Shown here piece after piece: positions 53,599 to 63,823 of a stretch of DNA of 64,000 nucleotides. Source of the stretch: Arenicellales bacterium (GTDB taxonomy: Bacteria; Pseudomonadota; Gammaproteobacteria; Arenicellales; JAJDZL01). The notes under the pieces were generated by a model. It was not told the DNA's origin, did no database searches, and saw nothing but the letters and a program-made list of their open reading frames with translations. How positions within the stretch are numbered: the stretch's first letter is position 1; each line of letters starts with the position of its first letter. Made by a program: the position numbers and the translations under genes. The stretch lies in contig OZ243952.1 in assembly GCA_965214615.1 (NCBI GenBank), positions 2,445,734 to 2,509,733 of the forward strand, in the 5' to 3' direction.

Positions 53599-54368
53599 CT
53601 TCGTTCACCGTCATCTGACAGGCGCTTGCGCGACGAAGCCGGACGCGGGGTCAAAATAGCCGTGAACACTCCGCGCATGATGTTGACCTCCTCGTCAGTC
53701 ATATTCGAACGGACGAAAATTCGGCGAATCTTGCGCAGCAGCGACTCTCGCGGGCCCTCGGCGATAAATCCGGTTTGCCGCGCAACCTGCTCGAGATGGT
53801 CGAAAAAGCCCGCCATTTCGGCACTGGTCGCCGGCCGCGCCGCTTCGGGCGCCGATGCCTCAGGCGCCAGCGGGGACCGGCCTGAGTCCAGCGCCGCCTT
53901 TCGCAGTTCATAAAGCATGATCAGCGCAGCACCTGCAAGATTGATCGACGGCGACCGCGGGTCGACCGGAATCCGCACTAGAACCGTGCATCGGTCGACA
54001 TCCTGATTGGAAAGGCCGGTGCGCTCCGGGCCGAACAGCAACGCTGCGTTGCGGCCCGCCGCATCGGCCGCGGCAACCGCCTGCATCGACGCTTCCGGGG
54101 TCTGGGAAGGCCAGCGCACGGTGCGGGTTCTTGCACTCGTTCCAACGACAATCTCGCAATCGCCGATTGCTTGTTCCAGCGTGTCGCATACCCGGGCATC
54201 GCGCAGAATCTGCTCGTTGCCGGCAGACCGGGCAAATGCCTCCTCGTTCAAGAACTCGACGGGCCGCACGAGTTCGAGATGATGCAGCCCCATGTTGCCC
54301 ATCGCGCGCGCAACGGCGCCGATATTCCCCGGATGAGAGGTATCGATGAGGACGACACGTACCGCCAC
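53595..54368 (-). CDS. trmJ: tRNA (cytidine/uridine-2'-O)-methyltransferase TrmJ (SpoU class)
   Basis: ..RVVLIDTSHPGNIGAVARAMGNMGLHHLELVRP... and ..ALLFGPERTGLSNQD...C...V.IP.....PSINLAGAALIMLYE are SpoU motifs. Start set at GTG 54368, which has no clear SD. The ORF-track start at 54476 overlaps the aldehyde dehydrogenase gene. Confidence 0.8.
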   Translation of the reverse strand: MAVRVVLIDTSHPGNIGAVARAMGNMGLHHLELVRPVEFLNEEAFARSAGNEQILRDARVCDTLEQAIGDCEIVVGTSARTRTVRWPSQTPEASMQAVAAADAAGRNAALLFGPERTGLSNQDVDRCTVLVRIPVDPRSPSINLAGAALIMLYELRKAALDSGRSPLAPEASAPEAARPATSAEMAGFFDHLEQVARQTGFIAEGPRESLLRKIRRIFVRSNMTDEEVNIMRGVFTAILTPRPASSRKRLSDDGERS

Positions 54369-54390
54369 GGCAGAATAATCGCTACACGGC

Positions 54391-55866
54391 CTATTGAAGT
54401 ATGAACGGATTCGGCAGTTCCTTCGCCGTCGACAGCCACACGCTCTTGACCTGCAGGTAGTCGCGTATTGCGGCAATTCCGCTTTCGCGGCCGAGTCCGC
54501 TGCGCTTCATGCCGCCGAACGGCATCATGTAGCTGAACGCCCTGTAGGTATTGACCCATACGGTTCCGGCCTTGAGCGCCTTGGTAAAGCGCATGGCTCT
54601 TCGAATGTCCTGAGTCCATACGCCGGCGGCAAGCCCGTACACCACATCGTTGGCGATGCGGACCGCTTCGTCCTCGTCTTCAAAGGCGATCACTGACAGC
54701 ACCGGACCGAACACCTCCTCCTGGGCGATGCGCATGTCGTTGGTTACGCCGGTAAATATGGTCGGCTCGACGAACTGGTCTCCGCCGCCATCGACCACGC
54801 ACGGATTGCCGCCGAAGACGCACTGCGCCCCTTCGCTCTTTGCGATATCGATATACGACATCACCTTGTCATACTGCTGGCGCGTAGTGATGGGCCCGAC
54901 ATGGGTATTCGCGTCCATGGGATCGCCGACTCTGGCGTTTTTTGCAAGATCAAGCAGGCGCTCGAGAAATTCATCATGCACGCTTCGCTGCAGCAGCAGC
55001 CGCGAACCCGCGACACAGGTCTGCCCGGCCGCGGCAAAGATGCCTGAAACAACACCTTTGGCGGCCATGTCCATGTCGGCATCCTCAAAAACGATATTCG
55101 GCGATTTCCCGCCCAGTTCAAGCGACACGTGCTTAATGTCCCTGGCAGCGCTTTCGTAAATTTTTGCACCGGATGCGTCCGAGCCGGTAAATGTGATCTT
55201 CGCCACGTCCTTGTGCGCAACAAGCGCAGCACCGGTATCGGCACCGAATCCTGTAACGACATTGAACACGCCGTCGGGAAATCCGGCATCCTTGACCAGC
55301 TGCGCGTATTCCAGCGTGCTGGCTGACGCGAATTCCGACGGCTTGACCACCACTGTGTTGCCTGCCGCAAGCGCCGGAGCGCACTTCCAGGCGACAAACA
55401 GCAAAGGCGAATTCCAGGCCGTAATCGCGGCGACCACGCCGAGCGGCTCATAGGTGGTATAGGAAAACGCGTCTTTCTTATCGACCGGCATGATAGAGCC
55501 TTCAATCTTGTCTGCCAGACCGCCGAAATAGTACCACCATTCCGGGTGGTACTTCATTTGCGCGCTCATCTCCGAAAGCAGCTTGCCATTGTCGCGAACC
55601 TCCAGTTCGGCAAGCCGGTCGGCGTTCTGCGCAACCAGGTCGCCGAGCCGCCGCATGAGCTTGCCTCTGGCGCTTGCAGTCATTTCGGACCAGGCCGGAT
55701 CATTCAGCGCCCTAGAAGCGGCTTCGACCGCCCGGTCGACATCGACGGGCGAGCCCTTGGGGATGCGCGCCCACGGCCTTGAGGAATACGGATCGGCCGA
55801 TTCGAACCATTCGCCGCTTTCCGGGTCGACGTACTGTCCGTCAATAAACAATTGATATGTCTTCAT
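54391..55866 (-). CDS. NAD(P)+-dependent aldehyde dehydrogenase
   Basis: 491 aa. ..FTGS...G..I....A...K.VSLELGGKSPNIVF.DAD.. and ..AGQTCVAGSRLL.. (catalytic Cys) are typical ALDH layout. Substrate not assignable. Confidence 0.9.
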   Translation of the reverse strand: MKTYQLFIDGQYVDPESGEWFESADPYSSRPWARIPKGSPVDVDRAVEAASRALNDPAWSEMTASARGKLMRRLGDLVAQNADRLAELEVRDNGKLLSEMSAQMKYHPEWWYYFGGLADKIEGSIMPVDKKDAFSYTTYEPLGVVAAITAWNSPLLFVAWKCAPALAAGNTVVVKPSEFASASTLEYAQLVKDAGFPDGVFNVVTGFGADTGAALVAHKDVAKITFTGSDASGAKIYESAARDIKHVSLELGGKSPNIVFEDADMDMAAKGVVSGIFAAAGQTCVAGSRLLLQRSVHDEFLERLLDLAKNARVGDPMDANTHVGPITTRQQYDKVMSYIDIAKSEGAQCVFGGNPCVVDGGGDQFVEPTIFTGVTNDMRIAQEEVFGPVLSVIAFEDEDEAVRIANDVVYGLAAGVWTQDIRRAMRFTKALKAGTVWVNTYRAFSYMMPFGGMKRSGLGRESGIAAIRDYLQVKSVWLSTAKELPNPFILQ

Positions 55867-56204
55867 GTTTGGATACTATTGAATTGATTTAAATGACTTT
55901 TAGGGCTCACAGCGAACCGTCAGCCGGAGTGAAACGCAAAACCGCCTTGCGTCGCTTCGTGTTAGAATGCCCTACCGCAAATGCACAAGACACCTGCCTA
56001 TGCGCCACCTGCGGCAAACCCGCGGCAGTGCCGCTGCTTCGAACACCGACGCTGTAAGCCGCTTGGACGTCAGAGCGTGTCGCAATTTCGCCCAATTTCG
56101 TCGCATATTAAGAATTTGGCGCAAGGTGCAGACATTATAAGAGTCAGGAATCACGTGCATGCGCCTATTTCGACACTGACAGCCTCAAACCGGACCACAA
56201 GCCA

Positions 56205-57011
56205 TTGCATCCACTACTGAACATAGCCGTGAAGGCGGCCCGCCAAGCCGGCAAGACCATCATTCAGAACTCCTACCGGGTGGAACGCGTGGGTTTCTAC
56301 GAAAAGGGCAAGCACGACTACGTCTCGGACATTGACCGATACGCCGAAAGCGAAATCGTAGATGCGGTGCGCAAGGCGTATCCGGAGCACTCAATACTTG
56401 CCGAAGAAGGCACCCGGTACCAGGGCAACGATTACGAGTGGATCATCGATCCGCTCGACGGAACGACCAACTACCTACACGGGGTGCCGCAATTTGCGGT
56501 CTCCATCGCGATCCGCTACGCCGGCAAGCTTCAGCACGCAGTCGTACTCGACCCTGTGCTCGGAGAGCTTTTCACCGCATCTCGAGGCGACGGGGCCTAC
56601 CTGAACGAAAAGCGCATTCGCGCCAGCAAGGCAAAGAATCTAAGCGACTGCCTGATCGGAACCGGGTTTCCTTTTCGAGAGAACGACAACATAGACGAAT
56701 GGATCGCAGTGTTCCGCGAGCTGGCGCCCAGGACTTCGGGCATCCGGCGTCCGGGTTCGGCGGCGATCGATCTGGCCTATGTCGCCGCAGGCCGCTACGA
56801 CGGCTTCTGGGAATCGGGCCTGAAAATCTGGGACATGGCCGCCGGCGCCCTGCTGGTTGAAGAGGCAGGCGGGATGGTGACCGATTTCAATCGCGACGCC
56901 GGCTATCTCGATTCGGGGCGGATCATCGCTGCAAATCCCGAAATCTACAACGATCTGTACCAGATCATACACAACAGCGCCGGCAAGACCGGAAAGTCCC
57001 CAGACAGATAG
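56205..57011 (+). CDS. suhB: Inositol monophosphatase family protein SuhB
   Basis: (TTG)[19 protein letters not shown].. is nearly identical in pattern to the E. coli SuhB N-terminus. ..ILAEE.. , [12 protein letters not shown], and ..[20 protein letters not shown]. Confidence 0.9.
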   Translation: MHPLLNIAVKAARQAGKTIIQNSYRVERVGFYEKGKHDYVSDIDRYAESEIVDAVRKAYPEHSILAEEGTRYQGNDYEWIIDPLDGTTNYLHGVPQFAVSIAIRYAGKLQHAVVLDPVLGELFTASRGDGAYLNEKRIRASKAKNLSDCLIGTGFPFRENDNIDEWIAVFRELAPRTSGIRRPGSAAIDLAYVAAGRYDGFWESGLKIWDMAAGALLVEEAGGMVTDFNRDAGYLDSGRIIAANPEIYNDLYQIIHNSAGKTGKSPDR

Positions 57012-57012
57012 A

Positions 57013-59583
57013 ATGGCACGCGGCCCGAAAGGCAGGCAAACGCCGATGATGCAGCAGTACTGGAGCATCAAGGCTGACTATCCCGATACGCTCCTGTTCT
57101 ATCGCATGGGCGACTTCTACGAACTGTTCTACGAAGACGCCGAAAAGGCTTCGAAATTGCTCGACATCACCCTGACCAGCCGCAACAAGTCCGATGCGAA
57201 CCAGATTCTGATGGCCGGCGTCCCGGCCCACAGCGTCAACCACTACATTGCAAAGCTGGTCAACCAGTCAATCCCTGTAGCCATTTGCGATCAGGTCGGC
57301 GACCCGAAAACGTCCAAGGGCCCTGTCGAGCGCAAAGTGACCCGTGTTCTGACACCGGGCACCCTCACCGATGACAGTCTGCTTGATGCGCGATCGGAAA
57401 ACCTGCTCGCGGCCGTGCAGACCCGGCGCGATGCGCGCGCCATTGCCCAATTGGAGCTTTCGAGCGGAAGATTCTCGGCGCGCGTTCTCAGCGACAGCGA
57501 ATCCGTCGAGTCTGAATTGGCGCGCATCGGCGCAGCGGAGATTCTTGTCGCCGACAACGATGATATCGATATCGGAGGCGCCCGGATACAGCAGGTGCCG
57601 GATTGGTACTTCAGCTACGAGCGCGCGGCACAGATTCTCAAGTCCCAGTTCCGGGTTCCGGACGTATCTGTTTTCGATGGCGACCGCTACCCGGCTGCGA
57701 CCTCTGTTGCCGGCGCCTTGCTGCAATACGCCAAGGATGTCTACGCATCGGATTTTCCGCACATACGAAGCTTGCGGATCGAGAAGCCGGAATACTATCT
57801 GATTCTTGACCACCACAGCTGGCGCAACCTTGAAATCGAATCGACGCTTGGCGGCGAATCCAAGGGCGCCCTGCTGTCGCTGTTTGATCAATGCGCAACT
57901 GCGATGGGGGCGAGGCAGCTTCGAAGATGGTTTCGCAATCCCGTACGCAACCGCGACGAGATTGAGCGGCGGCATCAGATTATCGGACATTTCTGCGACA
58001 GCGCCCTGCATCAGCGTGCCAAGGCAGGTCTTCGGGAAATCTCCGATCTGGAACGCATCGTTTCGCGCATCGCCACCAAGTCGGCAACTCCGATTGATCT
58101 GGCAGCGCTTCGAAACTCTTTGGAAGCCCTGCCTGAACTGATGTCCGCCATAGTGCCGGACAACTGCGGCGCACTTGCCGAACTATGCGCCATGATCGAT
58201 CCGCTGCCGGACACATCGGATCTGATCAGGCGCTCAATTCGCGATGAGCCGGCCGCCGGACTGCGCGACGGAGGCGTGATCCGCGAAGGATACGATGCCG
58301 AACTGGATGAACTGATCAGGCTGCGCGACGGATCCGACGCCGCACTTTCGCAGATGGAGGCGCGCGAGCAGGAGCGCACCGGGATCAGGAACCTTCGAAT
58401 CCTGTACAACCGCGTATACGGCTATTCCATCGAAGTATCGCGCCTTGCCGCCGATCAGGTTCCCCAGGACTACATCCGGCGTCAGACGCTGAAGAACAAG
58501 GAACGCTACGCGACTGCCGAGCTTCGCGAGTTTGAAAGCCGCATTCTCAGCGCGCGCGAGCGCGCGGTCGCCAAGGAGCGCGCCCTGTTCGACGAATTGC
58601 TTGAACAGCTTCTGGCGCAAGTTCCAGGCATTCAGCAGACAGCCCAGGCGCTGGCGCAGATCGATGTCCTGAGCAACTTCGCAGAACGCGCATCCAGTCT
58701 GATTCTGAACCGCCCGACACTGACAGAAAAACCCGGCATCTTTATTGAAGACGGACGTCACCCGGTCGTAGAGAGCGTGCCGAATCAGCAATTCGTACCG
58801 AACTCGGCGCGATTGCCGCACGAGCGCAGACTGATGATGATCACGGGACCGAACATGGGCGGCAAGAGCACCTACATGAGACAGACTGCGCTGATCGCAT
58901 ATCTGGCCCATGTCGGGTCCTACGTCCCCGCCAAGGAAGCGACCATCGGCCCGCTGGACCGCATCTTCACCCGCATCGGCGCATCGGACGACCTGGCCAG
59001 CGGCAGATCGACATTCATGGTGGAAATGACGGAGATGGCGACGATCCTGCATGCCGCCACTGATAGCAGCCTGGTTCTGGTCGATGAAATCGGCCGGGGC
59101 ACCAGCACATTTGACGGGCTGGCCCTGGCCTGGGCGTGCGCTGTGAATCTGGCTCGCAAAGTGCAGGCATATACCCTGTTTTCGACCCACTACTTCGAAC
59201 TCACCGCACTGGCCGACATCATTCCGGGCACCCGCAATGTGCATCTGGACGCGGTCGAATACGACGGTGACATCGTGTTTCTCTACGAAGTGAAAGAGGG
59301 CGCTGCCCGGCAAAGCTACGGATTGCAGGTGGCGCGCCTGGCAGGCGTTCCCGAGGACGTCATCCGCGACGCAATGGTCAAGCTTGACGAACTGACACAG
59401 TCGGCCGATGCCCGGCAATCCGTAGCCAAGCCCCGTCCCCTGCAGCTGTCGCTGTTCAGCCAGCCCGACGCAGCCGATTCCCGGGTTGCGGAAAAATTGA
59501 ATAAAGCGCAGCCGGATGAGATGACGCCCCGCGAAGCGCTTGATTTTATCTACGAACTCAAGGCGCTCGGCGATCAAGGCTGA
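57013..59583 (+). CDS. mutS: DNA mismatch repair protein MutS
   Basis: ..[34 protein letters not shown].. , Walker [16 protein letters not shown], ..[22 protein letters not shown]. 856 aa. Confidence 0.95.
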   Translation: MARGPKGRQTPMMQQYWSIKADYPDTLLFYRMGDFYELFYEDAEKASKLLDITLTSRNKSDANQILMAGVPAHSVNHYIAKLVNQSIPVAICDQVGDPKTSKGPVERKVTRVLTPGTLTDDSLLDARSENLLAAVQTRRDARAIAQLELSSGRFSARVLSDSESVESELARIGAAEILVADNDDIDIGGARIQQVPDWYFSYERAAQILKSQFRVPDVSVFDGDRYPAATSVAGALLQYAKDVYASDFPHIRSLRIEKPEYYLILDHHSWRNLEIESTLGGESKGALLSLFDQCATAMGARQLRRWFRNPVRNRDEIERRHQIIGHFCDSALHQRAKAGLREISDLERIVSRIATKSATPIDLAALRNSLEALPELMSAIVPDNCGALAELCAMIDPLPDTSDLIRRSIRDEPAAGLRDGGVIREGYDAELDELIRLRDGSDAALSQMEAREQERTGIRNLRILYNRVYGYSIEVSRLAADQVPQDYIRRQTLKNKERYATAELREFESRILSARERAVAKERALFDELLEQLLAQVPGIQQTAQALAQIDVLSNFAERASSLILNRPTLTEKPGIFIEDGRHPVVESVPNQQFVPNSARLPHERRLMMITGPNMGGKSTYMRQTALIAYLAHVGSYVPAKEATIGPLDRIFTRIGASDDLASGRSTFMVEMTEMATILHAATDSSLVLVDEIGRGTSTFDGLALAWACAVNLARKVQAYTLFSTHYFELTALADIIPGTRNVHLDAVEYDGDIVFLYEVKEGAARQSYGLQVARLAGVPEDVIRDAMVKLDELTQSADARQSVAKPRPLQLSLFSQPDAADSRVAEKLNKAQPDEMTPREALDFIYELKALGDQG

Positions 59584-59616
59584 AGTCCGCCTGATCTCGG
59601 TTCGTATCAGCTAAAT

Positions 59617-61173
59617 TCAGCCGGCGCGCCGGCGGCACGGATTCAGCCTGATTGGAAACTTGTGCCGAATTGCTTTTTCGACTTCCCGGTCAAGATGGTC
59701 CGGCACCGGCTGATCAAGAATCTCGCGGGTCTTGCGGCGTGCGATTTCAAGTAGATCGGGTGCGCCCTTTTGGTGCCATTCCTGCGGCGTGTTCCGGTCC
59801 GACAGATCGGGATAGTAGTAATCGGTCTGCATGCGGTCGATCGTCTGGCTATGTCCGAGAAAATGACCCGGTCCGTTCAGGCACACATCGCGGATCACAT
59901 CGAACGACAAGGTATCCGAATTGACTTCGATGCCTCTGGTCGCACGAAGAATTCCGCCGATCATATCATTGTCTAGCACGAAGCTCTCAAGCGAGCAGGC
60001 AAGCAACGATCCGTACATGCCTGCAGCTTCGTAAATCAGGTTTGCCCCGGCCAGGGCGCTGAGCAACTCGGTGCAGCCCTTTTCATAGCCCGCCTGAAAG
60101 TCCGGCACCTTAGAATCGGTCATACCTGCCGAAACAGCGCACGGAATCCCGTAGTACTGCGCCATCTGGGCGCAGCCGGCCATAAGCAGCCCTTCCTCGG
60201 CGCTACCTCCCGACATCGCACCGGTTCTGAGATCGGATACGAACGGCAAGGCTCCGAACAAGGCCGGATGCCCGGGGCTGAGCTGATTGACATAGACCAG
60301 GCCCGACACCACTTCGGCAGTCTGCAGCGCAATCGCCCCGGCCAATGGCGCCGGACTCGTCGCCCCGGCCTGTCCGGCGGAAACCAGCTTCAGCGGCGTG
60401 CCGGTTGCGGCAGCGCATTCGATCACGCCGAGCGCTTCGCGGGCGAATGTCAGCGGCGGGACAACAAAGCATGTCGACACGCACATGAAGGGCCGGTCGC
60501 GCCATGCGTCATCGCTTCCGGCAATCATGCGCATCATTTCAACACCTTCTGACATGTGCGCAGCATCGACAAAACTGGTTCCAATGTGCTTGGACGTACC
60601 GGCGATGCAGGCAAACGCCGTATTCAGGTCCATTTCCCGCGGGTCTTGAAGATCGCAAGGCACGCATGTGCGCTGGAACATGTGGATGTTGGACAGTGCG
60701 TTAGCCAGCCTCGCCATATCATACAGGTCTGCCAAAGTCGAAGGACGGACCTCTCGAGTCGCCGAATCGACGATGCTGACCGCTGCGCCGGAGGTGCCCA
60801 GATGAATGCGCGTCTCAGTCGGATCGATGTCGCACTCCGGATCCAGCGCGTAAAGCTGAAACGACTTGCCCGCCCGCTGCAACGACTCCTCGACAAGCCT
60901 TTCGGGCATCAGCAGCCGTCCGGCGCTGTCAAGCCTGCCGCCCGCTTTGACAATCGTATCGATGCAGCGCTGCGACGCGCCTTGCATGCCCACAGTCTCG
61001 AGAATCCGGATCACCGTCTCGTGAATGCGCTCGACATCACTTTGATTGAACGGCCTGTAGTGTCCGCCTGAAACTCCGGGCCAAATCGCAGGCGACGGGC
61101 CGCTGCCGGCTCCGTCCTGGCGCGCCGCCAGTCGGATTGCGCGCGCATTTCCTCTTCGGCGATGGCGGCTCAT
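59617..61173 (-). CDS. MttB-superfamily (trimethylamine methyltransferase-like) protein, non-pyrrolysine type
   Basis: 518 aa from the Met at 61173 (AGGTG 6 nt upstream). MSRHRRRGNARAIRLAARQ.., ..VERIHETVIRILETVGM.., ..GTSGAAV.I.D..T...R..T..DL....RL...L.., ..SAGMTDSK.PD.QAGYEK.., ..FLGH..T. No in-frame TAG, so no pyrrolysine. Confidence 0.85.
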   Translation of the reverse strand: MSRHRRRGNARAIRLAARQDGAGSGPSPAIWPGVSGGHYRPFNQSDVERIHETVIRILETVGMQGASQRCIDTIVKAGGRLDSAGRLLMPERLVEESLQRAGKSFQLYALDPECDIDPTETRIHLGTSGAAVSIVDSATREVRPSTLADLYDMARLANALSNIHMFQRTCVPCDLQDPREMDLNTAFACIAGTSKHIGTSFVDAAHMSEGVEMMRMIAGSDDAWRDRPFMCVSTCFVVPPLTFAREALGVIECAAATGTPLKLVSAGQAGATSPAPLAGAIALQTAEVVSGLVYVNQLSPGHPALFGALPFVSDLRTGAMSGGSAEEGLLMAGCAQMAQYYGIPCAVSAGMTDSKVPDFQAGYEKGCTELLSALAGANLIYEAAGMYGSLLACSLESFVLDNDMIGGILRATRGIEVNSDTLSFDVIRDVCLNGPGHFLGHSQTIDRMQTDYYYPDLSDRNTPQEWHQKGAPDLLEIARRKTREILDQPVPDHLDREVEKAIRHKFPIRLNPCRRRAG

Positions 61174-61211
61174 AGACGCACCTGAGTCTGAAGACCGGGA
61201 CATGAACAAGC

Positions 61212-62402
61212 CTATCCGGGTCGGGCAAAAAATTCCTGGCACAGCGCAAGGAAACGAGCGGCCGGGTCGGAAAGAACGGCATTGGCAAGATGCGCGGCGA
61301 CAATCCGGCTCGGTTCGGCCGATGCGTCAAGAGCACGGGTAACGAGCGCACGCCCGTCGTAGGTCATCGGCGAAGCCGGCTTGGTTGCGAGCAAGGTGAA
61401 GCCAAGACCGTGTCCGACCATGCCGCGCACCATCTCAAAGCTCGACGAGCGGAATGCGATGTTCGGCTCGACTCCGGCATCTTCAAAAATTGCGGTGAAA
61501 TAGCTCCTGCTCGGCGATGCATCCAGCAATACCATGGGATATCCGGCCAGATCACGGGGAGTCAGCGAAGGCTTGCCGGAAAGCGGATGGCCTTCGGCCA
61601 GCAGGACAAACGGCTTTAGCCGGGTCAGCGGGCAAAGGACCAAGTCATTCGGAAGATCGATGTCGTAAACCAGCGCGATTTCAATCTCTCCGGCATGCAG
61701 GGATTCGAGCACCCTGCGATGATCGCCCTCTACGAGATTGATCCGGCCCGGCGAATCGCCGGTCTTGATTTTCCGGATCAGCGACGGTAGAAAATACGGC
61801 CCGAACGTATAAAAGCAGCCGACAGACAGTGTTTCCCCTTCATCTGCTGCATCCGATTCAAGCACGGGTGCGCGATCGATCCGGGTCGTCACTCCGTAGG
61901 CCCGGTTGGCATAGATCAGCGGCGACCCTCCCTGAGCCACAAAAATATCGGTTACTTCGCCCAAAAACACATGGTGCGTCCCCACCAGACTCGACGACAT
62001 GAGCTCACAATCGAAACAGACCAGAGGATCGACGACCCGAGGTGCGCCCGACGGCATCGCGGTCCAATTCGCACATTCGAACCTGTCCTTTGCGGCACCT
62101 TTGAGACGTCCTGCAAACGCATCCGAAATGTAGGTCTGATCGTCACGAAGCACGTTGACGCAAAAGACCTGGTTGTCTATTATTTTCTGCGCAGTCGAAC
62201 TGAGATGATGGACGCAGGCCAGCAGTGTCGGCTTCGGCGTGTCGGCCGATACCGAGGACATCGCAGACACTGTCACTCCCGCACGGCCGGCCACGCCGTC
62301 GGTGGTGACGATGTTTACCGTGCAGGCAGCATGGCTCATGCCTTCCAGAAATCTGCTTCGAAGATCGGAACTCGATTGAGTCGGCATTGTCGACTTTCCC
62401 AT
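61212..62402 (-). CDS. Fusion protein: N-terminal flavin-reductase-like domain + C-terminal LysR-type substrate-binding domain (no HTH)
   Basis: aa ~15-175: ..FLEGMSHAACTVNIVTTDG..GRAGVTVSAMSSVSADTPKPTLLACV.....T...I.....FCVNVL...Q..ISD.FAG.....DRF......., ..THHVFLGEV.DI.V..GGSPLIYANRAYG (HpaC/flavin reductase pattern). aa ~190-390: ..LSVGCFYTFGPYFLPSLIR.......G.I.LVEGDH..VLESL..GEIEIALVYD.., ..GHGLGFTLL (LysR effector domain). No winged-HTH segment anywhere. Confidence 0.8.
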   Translation of the reverse strand: MGKSTMPTQSSSDLRSRFLEGMSHAACTVNIVTTDGVAGRAGVTVSAMSSVSADTPKPTLLACVHHLSSTAQKIIDNQVFCVNVLRDDQTYISDAFAGRLKGAAKDRFECANWTAMPSGAPRVVDPLVCFDCELMSSSLVGTHHVFLGEVTDIFVAQGGSPLIYANRAYGVTTRIDRAPVLESDAADEGETLSVGCFYTFGPYFLPSLIRKIKTGDSPGRINLVEGDHRRVLESLHAGEIEIALVYDIDLPNDLVLCPLTRLKPFVLLAEGHPLSGKPSLTPRDLAGYPMVLLDASPSRSYFTAIFEDAGVEPNIAFRSSSFEMVRGMVGHGLGFTLLATKPASPMTYDGRALVTRALDASAEPSRIVAAHLANAVLSDPAARFLALCQEFFARPG

Positions 62403-62673
62403 GCTATTAGGATTGAACCATGTCGGTCATTGTCTAGTGTGCCATAATTTACCGTCGCATACGCAGGCAATTGACGCGTCGCCGCCCTGAAATTCGGCAA
62501 ACGCGCCTTGAACGGAAGCGATCGCCTTGAATCGGCGCCGTCTGCGTAGCAAGAGGATTGGTCTGCGGTCTCTGAACAACCCGGCACAAACAGAATTTCG
62601 CGCAACATTCATCCTTGAATTACAATAGTCGCTTCACATTTGAACCAACTCAATCCGTTGCCAATCTGAAGAT

Positions 62674-62997
62674 ATGACATTTGTTGTTACAGAATCGTGT
62701 ATCAAGTGCAAGTACACGGACTGCGTGGAGGTGTGTCCGGTGGACTGCTTTCACGAAGGTCCCAATATGCTCGTAATCGACCCCGAAGAGTGCATCGACT
62801 GCAGTCTTTGCGAACCCGAGTGTCCGGTTACCGCAATCTATGCGGACGACGACTTGCCGCAGGAACAGGAAGAGTTCCTTGAACTGAATGCCGAATTGAG
62901 CCTGGAGTGGCCTGTCATATCGGTCATAAAGCCCGGCCCTGCGGATGCGGCGCAGTGGGAGGACGTCAAGGAAAAGCGTCACCTGCTCGAGCGCTGA
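62674..62997 (+). CDS. fdxA: 7Fe ferredoxin (Azotobacter FdxA type, [3Fe-4S][4Fe-4S])
   Basis: [55 protein letters not shown] is the diagnostic Cys spacing and near-invariant N-terminus of FdxA. Confidence 0.9.
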   Translation: MTFVVTESCIKCKYTDCVEVCPVDCFHEGPNMLVIDPEECIDCSLCEPECPVTAIYADDDLPQEQEEFLELNAELSLEWPVISVIKPGPADAAQWEDVKEKRHLLER

Positions 62998-63034
62998 CTC
63001 TCAAGCCGACACCAAGCCGAGGGCCCGCCTGACC

Positions 63035-63823
63035 ATGTCTGAATTCCTCCCCCGCCAAGCCGCCGATACGCTATGGGGCCTGTGGCAGGCCGGCGCAACC
63101 ATCGACCAGCTTTCGCCTAGCTGCCGGCCGCAAAGCGCCGATCAGGGCCGCGCCGCGCAGTCTCATTATTCCGAACTCGCGGACAGTCCTGTCAGCGGCT
63201 GGAAGATTGCGGCGACAAGCGAAGGCGGGCAAATGCACATAGGAGTATCAGGACCGCTGGAAGGGCCGTATTTGCAGCAAAAGACCCATGCTTCGGGAGT
63301 GCGCCTTTCAATGCGCGGCAATCATATGGCCGTCGCCGAAGCAGAATTCGCCTTTGTACTTGGCAGCGACATTCCGGTTAGAAACGAGCCGTACCAGTGG
63401 CATGAGCTTGCAGAGGCTGTCGAGCATCTTCGACCCAGTCTTGAATTGCCTGATTCGCGATTCTTTGATTTCAAGGCGGCAGGCGAAGCGAACCTGCTGG
63501 CAGACTGCGCGTGCGCACGCGATTGCGTGCTCGGCGAACCTGCCGGGCAGGACTGGAAGAAATTCGAACTGAACGAGAGCATCGTCAAGCTGCATATCAA
63601 TGGCGAAATTGTCACCGAAGGCACCGGATCGGACGCCTTGGGAGACCCGAGAACCGCCTTTGCCTGGCTGGCAAGCAGATTGTCAGCACGAGGCATCGTG
63701 CTCAAGCGCGGGCAGTTTGTGACCACCGGAGTATGCGGCAAGCCTATGCCTATCGCCCCGGGAGACCATGTCGTTGCAGATCTTGGTCGTTTCGGCCGCT
63801 GCGAGGCCTACCTTTCGGAATAG
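63035..63823 (+). CDS. 2-keto-4-pentenoate hydratase-like (MhpD/HpcG, FAH-fold) hydratase/decarboxylase family protein
   Basis: Start moved to the Met at 63035 (MSEFLPRQAADTLW..). ..GWKIAATSEGGQ.., ..AEAEFAFVLGSD.., ..LELPDSRF.D., ..LADCACA...VLGEP.., ..G..VTTG fits the family pattern. The ORF-track N-extension overlaps fdxA. Confidence 0.75.
   Translation: MSEFLPRQAADTLWGLWQAGATIDQLSPSCRPQSADQGRAAQSHYSELADSPVSGWKIAATSEGGQMHIGVSGPLEGPYLQQKTHASGVRLSMRGNHMAVAEAEFAFVLGSDIPVRNEPYQWHELAEAVEHLRPSLELPDSRFFDFKAAGEANLLADCACARDCVLGEPAGQDWKKFELNESIVKLHINGEIVTEGTGSDALGDPRTAFAWLASRLSARGIVLKRGQFVTTGVCGKPMPIAPGDHVVADLGRFGRCEAYLSE

Noticed and set aside
58234-59577. 447-aa minus-strand ORF, and similar long antisense ORFs (57268..58011, 29998..30780, 45850..46548, 51132..51866, 47542..48096, 39656..40138, 44..562)
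   Set aside because: Each lies opposite a gene with unambiguous family motifs (mutS, TauD-like, bamB, mtaB, hisS, xseA, proX). They have Arg/Gly/Ala-rich, GC-driven composition typical of shadow frames.
59620-59633. Perfect palindrome gccggcgcgccggc between convergent mutS and the MttB homologue, as a terminator
   Set aside because: It lies inside the last codons of the MttB-homologue ORF (..CRRRAG*), has essentially no loop and no U-tract. It is probably a coding coincidence in GC-rich sequence.
1-62402. Linking proVWX, aldehyde dehydrogenase, TauD-family dioxygenase and the MttB homologue into one betaine/quaternary-amine catabolic system
   Set aside because: The genes are dispersed over 60 kb, separated by core housekeeping genes and islands, and none of the substrate assignments is established. 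It is thematically suggestive but not a locus.
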